64,000 nt of DNA, from NCBI GenBank assembly GCA_001771575.1, contig MEUD01000001.1, forward strand, positions 506,984-570,983, read 5' to 3'. Position numbers and translations under genes: made by a program. Positions within the stretch are counted from its first letter, which is position 1; each line of letters begins with the position of its first letter. The DNA is from a candidate division WOR-1 bacterium RIFOXYB2_FULL_45_9 (lineage in GTDB: Bacteria > Margulisbacteria > WOR-1 > O2-12-FULL-45-9 > XYB2-FULL-48-7). Of the stretch, positions 1 through 8,066 are shown piece by piece. The notes under the pieces were generated by a model. The model worked only from the letters and a program-made list of their open reading frames with translations. It did no database searches and was not told where the DNA came from.

Positions 1-927
1 TTTAATCCCCTCCCAAACCAATTTTTCCATGAACGTGTCGGGGTTATCCCCTTCAGGGACGGTAAAGTCAGGAAGATGGAGTTTGCCGATCTCGATCTCC
101 AGATTGCATTTTTCAGCGATCTCCACCGTACTCTTGATCGCTTCAGGGGTCTCCCTGAAGAGCTCGATCATCTCCTCCGGCGACTTGTAGTAAAACTCCT
201 TGGTCTCCATCTTAAAACGGTTAGTGTCGGCATGAAAGGCGTTGGTCTGGATGCAGAGGAGAATATCCTGGTAATAGACATCTTCTTTATTGACGCAGTG
301 AACGTCGTTGGTCGCGACCAGTTTGACGGCGGTCTCTTTAGAAAGCCGGATCAGCTCCGGATTGAGACCGGCCAGCTCCGGCAGGCCAAGCTCCATGATC
401 TCAATGTAAAAGTCTTCACCGGCCAGCTCCTTGTACCAGAGGGCGGTTTTTTTGGCTTCGTCATAATGGCCTCCCCTGATCAGCTTGGCGATCTCCCCTC
501 CGGCACACCCCGACATCAGGACCAGATCTTTAGCGTACTGTTTAAGCAGATCTTTGTCGACCCTGGGCCTTGAGTAAAAACCTTCGATCGAAGCGATGGA
601 GACCATCTTGATCAGGTTCTTATAACCCGCCTCATTCTTGGCCAGAGCGGTCAAATGGAACGGGGAGCGGTCCTCTTTGGTCTCTTTATCAAAGCGGGTC
701 CGGGGGGCGACGTAGAGCTCGCACCCGATGATCGGTTTAATCCCCAGCTCTCTGGCCGCCAGGTAGAACTCGACCGCCGCGTACATGTTGCCGTGGTCGG
801 TCACCGCTACTGCCGTTTGGCCGTATTCCTTGGCCTTAGCCAGCAGGTCAGCTATCCGGCAGGCGCCGTCAAGCAGACTGTATTCGGTATGGTTATGGAG
901 ATGGACAAACTTCTTTCCGTGTGGCAT
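1..927 (-). CDS. dnaE: DNA polymerase III alpha subunit, N-terminal part (runs off window)
   Basis: Manual translation from ATG at 927: MPHGKKFVHLHNHTEYSLLDGACRI, the PHP-domain start of DnaE. Missing from the ORF track because it is truncated by the window edge. Confidence 0.95.
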   Translation of the reverse strand, partial: MPHGKKFVHLHNHTEYSLLDGACRIADLLAKAKEYGQTAVAVTDHGNMYAAVEFYLAARELGIKPIIGCELYVAPRTRFDKETKEDRSPFHLTALAKNEAGYKNLIKMVSIASIEGFYSRPRVDKDLLKQYAKDLVLMSGCAGGEIAKLIRGGHYDEAKKTALWYKELAGEDFYIEIMELGLPELAGLNPELIRLSKETAVKLVATNDVHCVNKEDVYYQDILLCIQTNAFHADTNRFKMETKEFYYKSPEEMIELFRETPEAIKSTVEIAEKCNLEIEIGKLHLPDFTVPEGDNPDTFMEKLVWEGIK

Positions 928-936
928 TGGGGGTTC

Positions 937-945
937 ATTATAACA
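937..945 (-). promoter_or_regulatory. Extended -10 promoter (TGtTATAAT) of dnaE
   Basis: TG-T-TATAAT 9 nt upstream of the ATG; no SD sequence. Confidence 0.55.
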
Positions 946-985
946 AAAAAGACCGCGCCGCTCAACGCGGCGTTCGGCCTTTTTT
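945..985 (-). terminator. Rho-independent terminator of the small Zn-ribbon gene (possibly bidirectional)
   Basis: GC stem ggccg-aa-cgccgc/gttga/gcggcg-cggtc followed by T6, with A/T tracts on both sides. Confidence 0.8.
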
Positions 986-1008
986 GCGTTCCGACTTAAT
1001 TAGAGAGA

Positions 1009-1155
1009 CTAGCCACCGATCTTAAACATGCTGGTGCCGCAAACAGGACATTTCCCCTTGGAGGCTTTGCGACCATTTTTCATCGTCACCTGTTTAACGT
1101 CATTCATGATCTGTTTCTTTTTGCACTTCACGCAATAAGCTTCAACATCTGCCAT
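1009..1155 (-). CDS. Small basic Zn-ribbon protein, DUF5679-like (48 aa)
   Basis: AYCVKCK...MKNGR...KGKCPVCGTSMFKIG; start moved to ATG 1155, which follows SD AAGGAGGTG. Confidence 0.85.
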   Translation of the reverse strand: MADVEAYCVKCKKKQIMNDVKQVTMKNGRKASKGKCPVCGTSMFKIGG

Positions 1156-1187
1156 CGAAAAATCCACCTCCTTACTGAATACGAGGC

Positions 1188-1215
1188 ATTTTACACTAAT
1201 GAAAAGAAGTGTCAA
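1188..1215 (-). promoter_or_regulatory. Sigma70-type promoter of the Zn-ribbon gene
   Basis: TTGACA-16 bp-TAAAAT. Confidence 0.7.
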
Positions 1216-1326
1216 GGGGGGAAGGAATGCGCTAAAAAAGAATCCTTGACCAAACAGCAGTTAGTTGCTTGGAGGAAACCTGCGACTTCGTGGTTCCTTG
1301 GGGAACACTGCCTCTGTCTCCCTTTA

Positions 1327-1354
1327 TTAACCGCGCAATTAATTGCGCGGTTAA
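1327..1354. repeat. Perfect 28-bp palindrome (REP-like)
   Basis: TTAACCGCGCAATT|AATTGCGCGGTTAA, intergenic. Confidence 0.9.
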
Positions 1355-1464
1355 ATGAAAGTACGGGTTCCCTTCTTCCCTCTTCCCTTGCTTTCCCCTG
1401 ATCCCTCTGTTAGAATGCCTCTTGAACGCATGTTTTTGGCTATTTAATACGATAAATATATATA

Positions 1465-2265
1465 ATGGCTGAACAATTCATTACCCCAATTGTTCCAAAT
1501 ATTGGCCCGGTCGGAGAAGCAGTCGCCGGGAACGCCGGAGCTGTTTTTACCGCAACAGACAAGAAAATAATCAAAGAACGGGTCGGCGACGAAGTAAATC
1601 CAACCAGAAACTTCGGGGAGGTCTTTCTAAGCCGGAGTTTAACCCCTAAAGTTGAAAATGAGCTTACCTCTGTTCAGCCGGAAGAGAACCCAAAAGAGAT
1701 CGAAAGCCGCCGTAAGGACCACGAGAGAATGCTCAAGCACGCCCCGATCGCCGTCGCTCGCGACCGGGTAGAGATCACAAACCTGACTCCGGAAGAGCGA
1801 TTAATGGAAAAGCCGGCCGAATTCAACGCTCCAGCGGATGAGACGATCACTATTGCCACGGAGGACGATCAAAAGCGGGAAGAACAGAAAAAACGCGAAA
1901 CACTCCGCAAAGAGACCTCCAAGATCGCGAAAGAGCTCCTGCTCAATTCAACTTCGCTTTTTGATCAATTCACGATCGAGCAAAACGAGCTTCACACCCT
2001 AGTCTCCCGGATCAAAGAACATCACCTAAAACGGCTCCTCTGCGCCAGCCGGGAAGAATTTGAGAAGCTGACCGAACAAATCAAAACGGAGACCCTGCAT
2101 TCCGCCAAACCGGAAGCAAAGGGATGGATCGAAGCGCAGTTAAAGGAACTGACCAAAAGCGCGGCTGATTACAAATTAAAACTTCTCCGTTCGCTTCAGG
2201 ATATGGGCTTTAACCCGATACGGGATAAGAACATCAAGTGGCTCGAGAAGATCGTTAACCTCTAA
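1465..2265 (+). CDS. Hypothetical protein, E/K-rich and probably helical
   Basis: 266-aa ORF with no competing gene; no family recognised. Confidence 0.75.
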   Translation: MAEQFITPIVPNIGPVGEAVAGNAGAVFTATDKKIIKERVGDEVNPTRNFGEVFLSRSLTPKVENELTSVQPEENPKEIESRRKDHERMLKHAPIAVARDRVEITNLTPEERLMEKPAEFNAPADETITIATEDDQKREEQKKRETLRKETSKIAKELLLNSTSLFDQFTIEQNELHTLVSRIKEHHLKRLLCASREEFEKLTEQIKTETLHSAKPEAKGWIEAQLKELTKSAADYKLKLLRSLQDMGFNPIRDKNIKWLEKIVNL

Positions 2266-3005
2266 GCCAGCCCCATAAGTTTATGAACCTGCGGGATCAC
2301 CCGAACGCTCTTCAACTTTCTTTTGGCCGCGGTGTGAAAAGCCAGGAGATGCTGAGCGTCGGGACGGTGCTTAACCAAACCATGAGGTGTGACCGGCTGG
2401 ATAATAAAAGGGATCCGCTCATCGACCTCGGCGACCAGAGCCGCCGCTTCTTCCAGCTCCTTGATCTTCGTCTCTTTCCCGACGACAACCTTAACGAAGA
2501 GCTCTTTTAAGAACGCCGTTTCGAGAAATTCGCGGTGTTCTTTCCAGTAAGCGGACTGGCCGGTCGTACTGGGAAGTTTAATGTCCATCGCCACAATGTC
2601 GACCTCTTCAATGATCTCCGCTAAAAAACCGGGCAAGACCCCGTTGCTTTCCAGGTAGATCGGTAGTTTGACCTCTTTTTTGACCACCGGTAAAAACTCT
2701 TTTAAAAAATTCACCTGCAGGAGGGGTTCTCCCCCGGTCAAGCTGATCGAGTGATGGACCCCGACCGGCTTGTTCAAGCCGGCCACTTCGCCGACCAACC
2801 GCTCGACGGAGACCGGGTTATCCAGATTTTCGGTCCTTTCGATCCGGTAACTTTTGGTCAGTTCCAGCGCGGCGGGAGAATCGCAATACTGGCAGTTCAG
2901 ATTGCAGGTCGCGAAGCGAACAAAGATCTGCCGCTCTCCGACATACGGCCCCTCTCCCTGAATTGAAGTAAAAAGCTCGTTAAGCTGGGCGTTCGTGGTG
3001 CTCAT
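2262..3005 (-). CDS. queE: 7-carboxy-7-deazaguanine synthase (radical SAM)
   Basis: ELFTSIQGEG, FVRFATCNLNCQYCD, LTGGEPLLQ, C-terminal IPQVHKLMG. Confidence 0.88.
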   Translation of the reverse strand: MSTTNAQLNELFTSIQGEGPYVGERQIFVRFATCNLNCQYCDSPAALELTKSYRIERTENLDNPVSVERLVGEVAGLNKPVGVHHSISLTGGEPLLQVNFLKEFLPVVKKEVKLPIYLESNGVLPGFLAEIIEEVDIVAMDIKLPSTTGQSAYWKEHREFLETAFLKELFVKVVVGKETKIKELEEAAALVAEVDERIPFIIQPVTPHGLVKHRPDAQHLLAFHTAAKRKLKSVRVIPQVHKLMGLA

Positions 3006-4029
3006 AAACCTTGACCCGAAGAAGGAGCATGGTAAAGCTCACAAAAAAGACCGCCACAATAAGCAGGAGGGCGAAAAACTGCTGGATATCGGCCCTGATC
3101 ATCGCCAGACCGATCGAGCCCAGGACGATCTGGACCGCGTACAGGGTCAAGACCGTCGCCTTCTGGGAAAAGCCCATCAGGTGGATCCGATGATGGGAAT
3201 GGTCCTTCCCCGGCTGGCTGAACTTTATCCGATGAAGAAAACGGTTGGAAAAAACAAAGTAGGTGTCAAAGATCGGGATCCCCAGGATGATCAGCGGCAC
3301 GACAAATGAAATGATCTGCAGACGCTCGATCCCCAGTGAGAGGGCGATGTTCCACAAAGTAAAGATATTGAGCTTGACCGCCAGCATCGCCATCAGGAAC
3401 CCTAGGAGGGTCGATCCGGCCTCGCCTAAAAAGATCGAAGCGGGATTAAAGTTGTAGCGTAAAAAGCCGAGCGCCCCCCCCATGATCGCCAGCGATAATA
3501 AAAGCAGGTCCTGCTGTCCGCTGTTAACCGCCAAAACGGCAAAAAATCCGGCCGTGAGGCAGGAGAGCCCGGCGACCAAACCATCCATCCCGTCGAGCAT
3601 GTTCATGGAGTTGGTCATAAAGGTGATAAAACAAGCGGTGATCAGCCAATTGATCCAATCCATGGAGAAAAAAGTTAACGTTATCCCGGAAAAATATATA
3701 AACATGAATGAAAAAAGCAGATGGGAAAGTATCTTGTTCCGGGCCCTGATCTTGATATCGGCATCATCGATCAAACCAAAAACAACAAAAAGGAAACCAA
3801 AGAGGAGGACCGACCATAATTCCCGCTGGTTTGGAAAATAAAAAAGCAAGCCCATGGCAATCGCTAAAAGGATTGCTTCCCCTCCCATTCGCGGGATCGG
3901 CTGGTCATGGATTTTGCGAAAGCCCGGTTTATCAAGGATCCCGGTCTTAACGGAGAGCCATTTGGCAAGCGGAGTAAAAATAAGCGCACCGATTAGCGAG
4001 ATAATAAAGACCATCAAATTTGTGACCAT
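2980..4029 (-). CDS. wecA: Undecaprenyl-phosphate HexNAc-1-phosphate transferase (WecA/TagO, MraY-like)
   Basis: RKIH..PIPRMGG, GLIDD, NMLDGMDGL, NFNPASIFLG, HSHHR; multi-TM. Confidence 0.88.
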   Translation of the reverse strand: MVTNLMVFIISLIGALIFTPLAKWLSVKTGILDKPGFRKIHDQPIPRMGGEAILLAIAMGLLFYFPNQRELWSVLLFGFLFVVFGLIDDADIKIRARNKILSHLLFSFMFIYFSGITLTFFSMDWINWLITACFITFMTNSMNMLDGMDGLVAGLSCLTAGFFAVLAVNSGQQDLLLLSLAIMGGALGFLRYNFNPASIFLGEAGSTLLGFLMAMLAVKLNIFTLWNIALSLGIERLQIISFVVPLIILGIPIFDTYFVFSNRFLHRIKFSQPGKDHSHHRIHLMGFSQKATVLTLYAVQIVLGSIGLAMIRADIQQFFALLLIVAVFFVSFTMLLLRVKVYEHHERPA

Positions 4030-4037
4030 TACAGGTA

Positions 4038-4066
4038 ATTATAGAACAATAAATGCTGGGGGGCAA
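4038..4066 (-). promoter_or_regulatory. Sigma70-type promoter of wecA-queE
   Basis: TTGCCC-17 bp-TATAAT, 8 nt before the ATG. Confidence 0.65.
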
Positions 4067-4078
4067 TTATTTAACCGC

Positions 4079-4123
4079 TAACCGCGGAATTCTTGCCCGC
4101 CGCAGGAGGGAATTCCGCGGTTA
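4079..4123. repeat. Inverted repeat (14-bp perfect stem) at the end of the long operon, related to the 1327 palindrome
   Basis: TAACCGCGGAATTC-17 nt-GAATTCCGCGGTTA; no U-tract. Confidence 0.85.
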
Positions 4124-5065
4124 AACTAATTTTCTCCAGTACTCCAAAATATCGACCAGGGTCTTTTCGATAGATATACCAGGCCGCCAGCCGGTCTCTT
4201 TTTGAAGTTTACGATTATCAATTTTCATGCTGGTCAGGTCGGAGGGCCGACAGCGCTCGGGATCAATTGTCACCTTGATCGGCACCCTGGCTAAACCGAT
4301 CAGTCGGTCCACCAGCTCTTTTAGCCGCCGGGTCTCTCCGCGGCAAATGTTATAGGCTTCGCCGCTTCTCCCTTTTTCCGCCATAAGGATGTAAGCATCC
4401 ACAACGTCACGGACATCGGTAAAATCACGATCCATCTCGATATTGCCGACCCTGATCTCCCCTCCTCCGGTCTTTTCCAGTTCGACGATCTGGCTGGCGA
4501 CGGAAGGGAGGAACAAAGGCTTTGTTTGTCGCGGGCCGATATAACTTGCTGGCCGGGCGATAATGATCTTTAGTCCGTAGTTTTTCGCGTAAACTTTCCC
4601 AAGCATATCAACCGATGCCTTGCTGACCGCGTAGTGGCTCCTGGGGAGGATCGGGGCCTCTTCATCAATTAACAAGTGATTAGTTAACGATTCGCCATAG
4701 ATCTCACTGGATGAAGCCAGCAACAAGGCCGCGCCGGGGAGTTTGAGCCGCGAGATCTCCAATAGATTTAAACTCCCTAAAACATTGACCTCAAAACACC
4801 GGCGGGGATCGCTTAAGGAGTCGTTGACGTTGCTGATCGCGGCCAGATGATATATTTCATCCGGTTTTTCGGCCAACAAAGCTTTTTCAAGCGAACGGTA
4901 ATCGTTGAGGTCCAACGTGATCAGAGATAATTTTGGAATTCCAGCGAGATTATCAAGCGGGGTCCCGGATTGAATTGAACCGGAAACTTGCCGTCCTTTT
5001 TTGATCAGGGATTCTGCCAGATAGCTCCCGGCAAAGCCGTTAATGCCGGTAATAAAGGCTTTCAT
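4121..5065 (-). CDS. rmd: GDP-4-keto-6-deoxy-D-mannose reductase (Rmd-like SDR)
   Basis: TGINGFAG, YAVSK, RDFTDVRDVV; directly after gmd. Confidence 0.75.
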   Translation of the reverse strand: MKAFITGINGFAGSYLAESLIKKGRQVSGSIQSGTPLDNLAGIPKLSLITLDLNDYRSLEKALLAEKPDEIYHLAAISNVNDSLSDPRRCFEVNVLGSLNLLEISRLKLPGAALLLASSSEIYGESLTNHLLIDEEAPILPRSHYAVSKASVDMLGKVYAKNYGLKIIIARPASYIGPRQTKPLFLPSVASQIVELEKTGGGEIRVGNIEMDRDFTDVRDVVDAYILMAEKGRSGEAYNICRGETRRLKELVDRLIGLARVPIKVTIDPERCRPSDLTSMKIDNRKLQKETGWRPGISIEKTLVDILEYWRKLV

Positions 5066-6025
5066 TTAGGCTTTTTGCTGAAGCTTAAGATCGGAATCAA
5101 CCATCATTTTCACCAGCGCGTCAAAACTGACCTTTGGTTTCCAGCCCAGGGTCTTTCGGGCTTTGGTATTGTCCGCGACCAAAGACTCGACTTCCGCCGG
5201 CCGCAAAAGACGCTTATCGATACTCACGTATTTTTTATAATCAAGGCCGACATACCCGAACGCGATCTCAAGAAATTCGCGCACGCTGTGAGATTCTCCG
5301 GTCCCAATGACAAAATCAGAAGCTTTAGGCTGTTGAAGCATTAGATACATCGCCTCAACGTAGTCCCCCGCGAAACCCCAATCCCGCCGGGCCTCCAGAT
5401 TGCCCAGCATCAGCTTGTCCAGCTTGCCAAGCTTGATCCTGGCGACGGAGTCGGAGATCTTGCGGGTAACAAACTCTTTTCCCCGCCGCGGCGATTCGTG
5501 GTTAAAAAGGATCCCGGAACAGGCGAATAAGTTATACGATTCCCGGTAGTTAACGGTGATAAAGTGCCCGTACGCTTTTGCCACTCCATAGGGACTTCGG
5601 GGATAGAATGGGGTCGTTTCTTTCTGCGGGCTCTCCAAAACCTTCCCGAACATCTCGCTTGAGGAAGCCTGGTAGTATTTGATCTTTGGATCGACCAGAC
5701 GGATCGCTTCCAGCATCCTGGTCACGCCCAAAGCGGTAAATTCACCGGTCAAGACCGGCTGGTTCCAGGAAGTTGGGACAAACGATTGGGCCGCCAGATT
5801 GTAAACCTCGACCGGTTTTACTTCCTGAATAACTTCGATGATCGACAGCTGGTCAAGCAGGTCAGCCTGCTTGAGCGATATTTTGTCCATCAAATGATTG
5901 ATGCGATCATAACTTTCGGTACTTGAGCGCCGGACCATGCCAAAAACTTCATACCCTTTGCTAAGTAAAAGTTCCGCTAAATATGACCCATCCTGTCCTG
6001 TTATCCCGGTAATTAGTGCTTTCAT
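5066..6025 (-). CDS. gmd: GDP-mannose 4,6-dehydratase
   Basis: [48 protein letters not shown]. Confidence 0.97.
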   Translation of the reverse strand: MKALITGITGQDGSYLAELLLSKGYEVFGMVRRSSTESYDRINHLMDKISLKQADLLDQLSIIEVIQEVKPVEVYNLAAQSFVPTSWNQPVLTGEFTALGVTRMLEAIRLVDPKIKYYQASSSEMFGKVLESPQKETTPFYPRSPYGVAKAYGHFITVNYRESYNLFACSGILFNHESPRRGKEFVTRKISDSVARIKLGKLDKLMLGNLEARRDWGFAGDYVEAMYLMLQQPKASDFVIGTGESHSVREFLEIAFGYVGLDYKKYVSIDKRLLRPAEVESLVADNTKARKTLGWKPKVSFDALVKMMVDSDLKLQQKA

Positions 6026-6041
6026 CTCCAACTCCTTAGTT

Positions 6042-7016
6042 CTACAACTGCTGGTTCAGCTTCAGCCATTTGATCGTTCGAGCGATCCCTTCCTTCAGCG
6101 TGAATGGTTGGGGACCGACGACTTCCTTTAGAGGGGACATGTCAAAAACATATTCGGTCAGGATATTTTTCAGCCTGAAGCTTTGCAGGGGAACGTTTTC
6201 CCAGCCCCGGCCCCTTAAAAAATCGCCGATAGCCGCGAGGACCTTTATCGGCATAAGCGGCAGATGGAAGATACGCCGGGCCTTCAATTGCGCCCCGATC
6301 TCATTGGCCATATCATACAGATCGGCCGGTTCGTAATCCGCTATGTAAAAAGTTTTCCCGGAAACCTTTTCCAGGGGGGCGCGCAGCAGCTTATAAATTG
6401 AAAACACGGCATTCTCGACATATCCCAGTGATCGCCGGTAGTGCCCGCCGCCGATATGAAAATACCACCCTTGTTTAATTGATCTGAATAAATTTATGTA
6501 CGGTTCTTCTCCCCAGGGGCCCCAAATGGAGATCGGCCTGATGATCGTCCAGGAGAAGTTCAAATCCTTTTGCTCGCGCACGATTTTTTCGCCGATCATT
6601 TTGCTCTCTCCGTAAAACGTCGACGGCTTATAGTCGGTGTCATGCTTGGGGATATAGCCCATTTGGCAAACAAGCAGAGATGAAGTAAAGATCGCTCTCT
6701 GGACCGCCGGGGCCAGCTTGAGCGCTTCGAACATGTTCCTTACTCCGACCATGTTCTCCGCGTAGCAATCAAGCCGCGCCCTGGTCAATCCTGTTTTAGC
6801 CGCTAAGTGAACCACCAATTCCGGATTGAAGGCTTGAATTTCTTTTTTGAGCGCTCCGAGGTCCAAAATATCGCATTGGCGCCAGTATTGGGAGTGCTTG
6901 TTTTCCCGAGGCGGCTTAATATCGATATTCAAAATATCGATATAGCCCTCTTTAAGAAGGAGTTCGATCATATTCGTGCCGATGAATCCGGAGCCCCCGG
7001 TAACCAGTACTTTAAT
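6042..7016 (-). CDS. NAD-dependent epimerase/dehydratase; probable ATT start codon
   Basis: The frame extends upstream of the track ATG (6971) to (I)[14 protein letters not shown]; SD AAGGAG lies 7 nt before ATT; YGESK motif. Confidence 0.85.
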   Translation of the reverse strand: MKVLVTGGSGFIGTNMIELLLKEGYIDILNIDIKPPRENKHSQYWRQCDILDLGALKKEIQAFNPELVVHLAAKTGLTRARLDCYAENMVGVRNMFEALKLAPAVQRAIFTSSLLVCQMGYIPKHDTDYKPSTFYGESKMIGEKIVREQKDLNFSWTIIRPISIWGPWGEEPYINLFRSIKQGWYFHIGGGHYRRSLGYVENAVFSIYKLLRAPLEKVSGKTFYIADYEPADLYDMANEIGAQLKARRIFHLPLMPIKVLAAIGDFLRGRGWENVPLQSFRLKNILTEYVFDMSPLKEVVGPQPFTLKEGIARTIKWLKLNQQL

Positions 7017-7028
7017 AAAGACGCTCCT

Positions 7029-8066
7029 TTATTTGCAGACCATCGCCCTGACGGCCGAAGAGGCGCCCGGGCCAAAGCTGGCCGCTTGCTGGATATTTTC
7101 CCAGTTCTCCTTGAACCAGTCGATCGCTTGAGGCAAACCTTCTTCAAAGGTCGTGTTCGGAGTATAGCCGATCAGTTTATTGGCCCGTTCGACCGAAGCC
7201 AGGATCCTGGATTTGGTGTCCCATTTCCGCCGCGGCGCGAAATTGATCCCCGCCTTGTTCCCCGTCAATTTATTGATCATTTCAGCCAGCTGTTTGATCT
7301 GGATCTCCCGACCGGACGCCAGGTTGAACTCCTGTCCGACCGCTTCCGGCATGACGCCGGCCCTCAAGAGACCGTCGACGATGTCTTCAACAAAAGTAAA
7401 GTCGCGGGTCTCCTCGCCGGTCCCGGTAATGGGGAGTGGCTTGCCGCTCATCGCCCAGTAAATAAAATTAGGGATGACGTTCCGATACTGGCCGGGGATC
7501 TCTCCCGGACCATAAGAATTAAAGAACCTGGTTTTGACGCAGGGAACCTCGTACTGGTGCTGGAAAAAGTTGCAATACAATTCCCCCAGCATTTTAGTGA
7601 TCTGATACGGCGTGCTCAAATGCATCGACATGAAATCTTCCTTCAGCGGCATGGGAGCGTGACTGCCGTAGATCGAACAACCAGACGACGCGTAAACAAA
7701 GCGCTTAACCCCGGTCAGCGCGCTGTATTCCAACAATTTAAGAGTGCCGAAGCCGTTGACCTGCAGGTCGCGTTCCGGATGGTCGATCGAATTCTGGTTG
7801 GCAAAGAACGCCGCCAGATGAAAAACATATTCCGGCTCTTCGAAGAAGACCCTTTTCAGCTTGATCTCGTCGACGATATCCCCTTCGGAAAACAAGACGT
7901 TCGGCAGTGAAGGGACGTTCCACCTCTCCGATGAAGAGAGGTCGTCAAGGACGATGACTTTTCCGGCGCCTAAATTCCCCAACGCCTTGACCAGGTTCGA
8001 CCCAATGGCCCCCGCCCCACCCGTGACCAGGATCGTTTTTCCTTGATACTGTTTTTTATAATCCAT
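7029..8066 (-). CDS. NAD-dependent nucleotide-sugar epimerase
   Basis: VTGGAGAIGS, YQITK, RDFTFVEDIV. Confidence 0.9.
   Translation of the reverse strand: MDYKKQYQGKTILVTGGAGAIGSNLVKALGNLGAGKVIVLDDLSSSERWNVPSLPNVLFSEGDIVDEIKLKRVFFEEPEYVFHLAAFFANQNSIDHPERDLQVNGFGTLKLLEYSALTGVKRFVYASSGCSIYGSHAPMPLKEDFMSMHLSTPYQITKMLGELYCNFFQHQYEVPCVKTRFFNSYGPGEIPGQYRNVIPNFIYWAMSGKPLPITGTGEETRDFTFVEDIVDGLLRAGVMPEAVGQEFNLASGREIQIKQLAEMINKLTGNKAGINFAPRRKWDTKSRILASVERANKLIGYTPNTTFEEGLPQAIDWFKENWENIQQAASFGPGASSAVRAMVCK

Noticed and set aside
76-999. Plus-strand ORFs 76-573 and 655-999
   Set aside because: Antisense shadows of dnaE, which the ORF track missed because it is truncated
2262-3005. queE as part of a 7-deazaguanine DNA-modification (dpd) system
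   Set aside because: No dpdA/tgt-like or other dpd gene in the window
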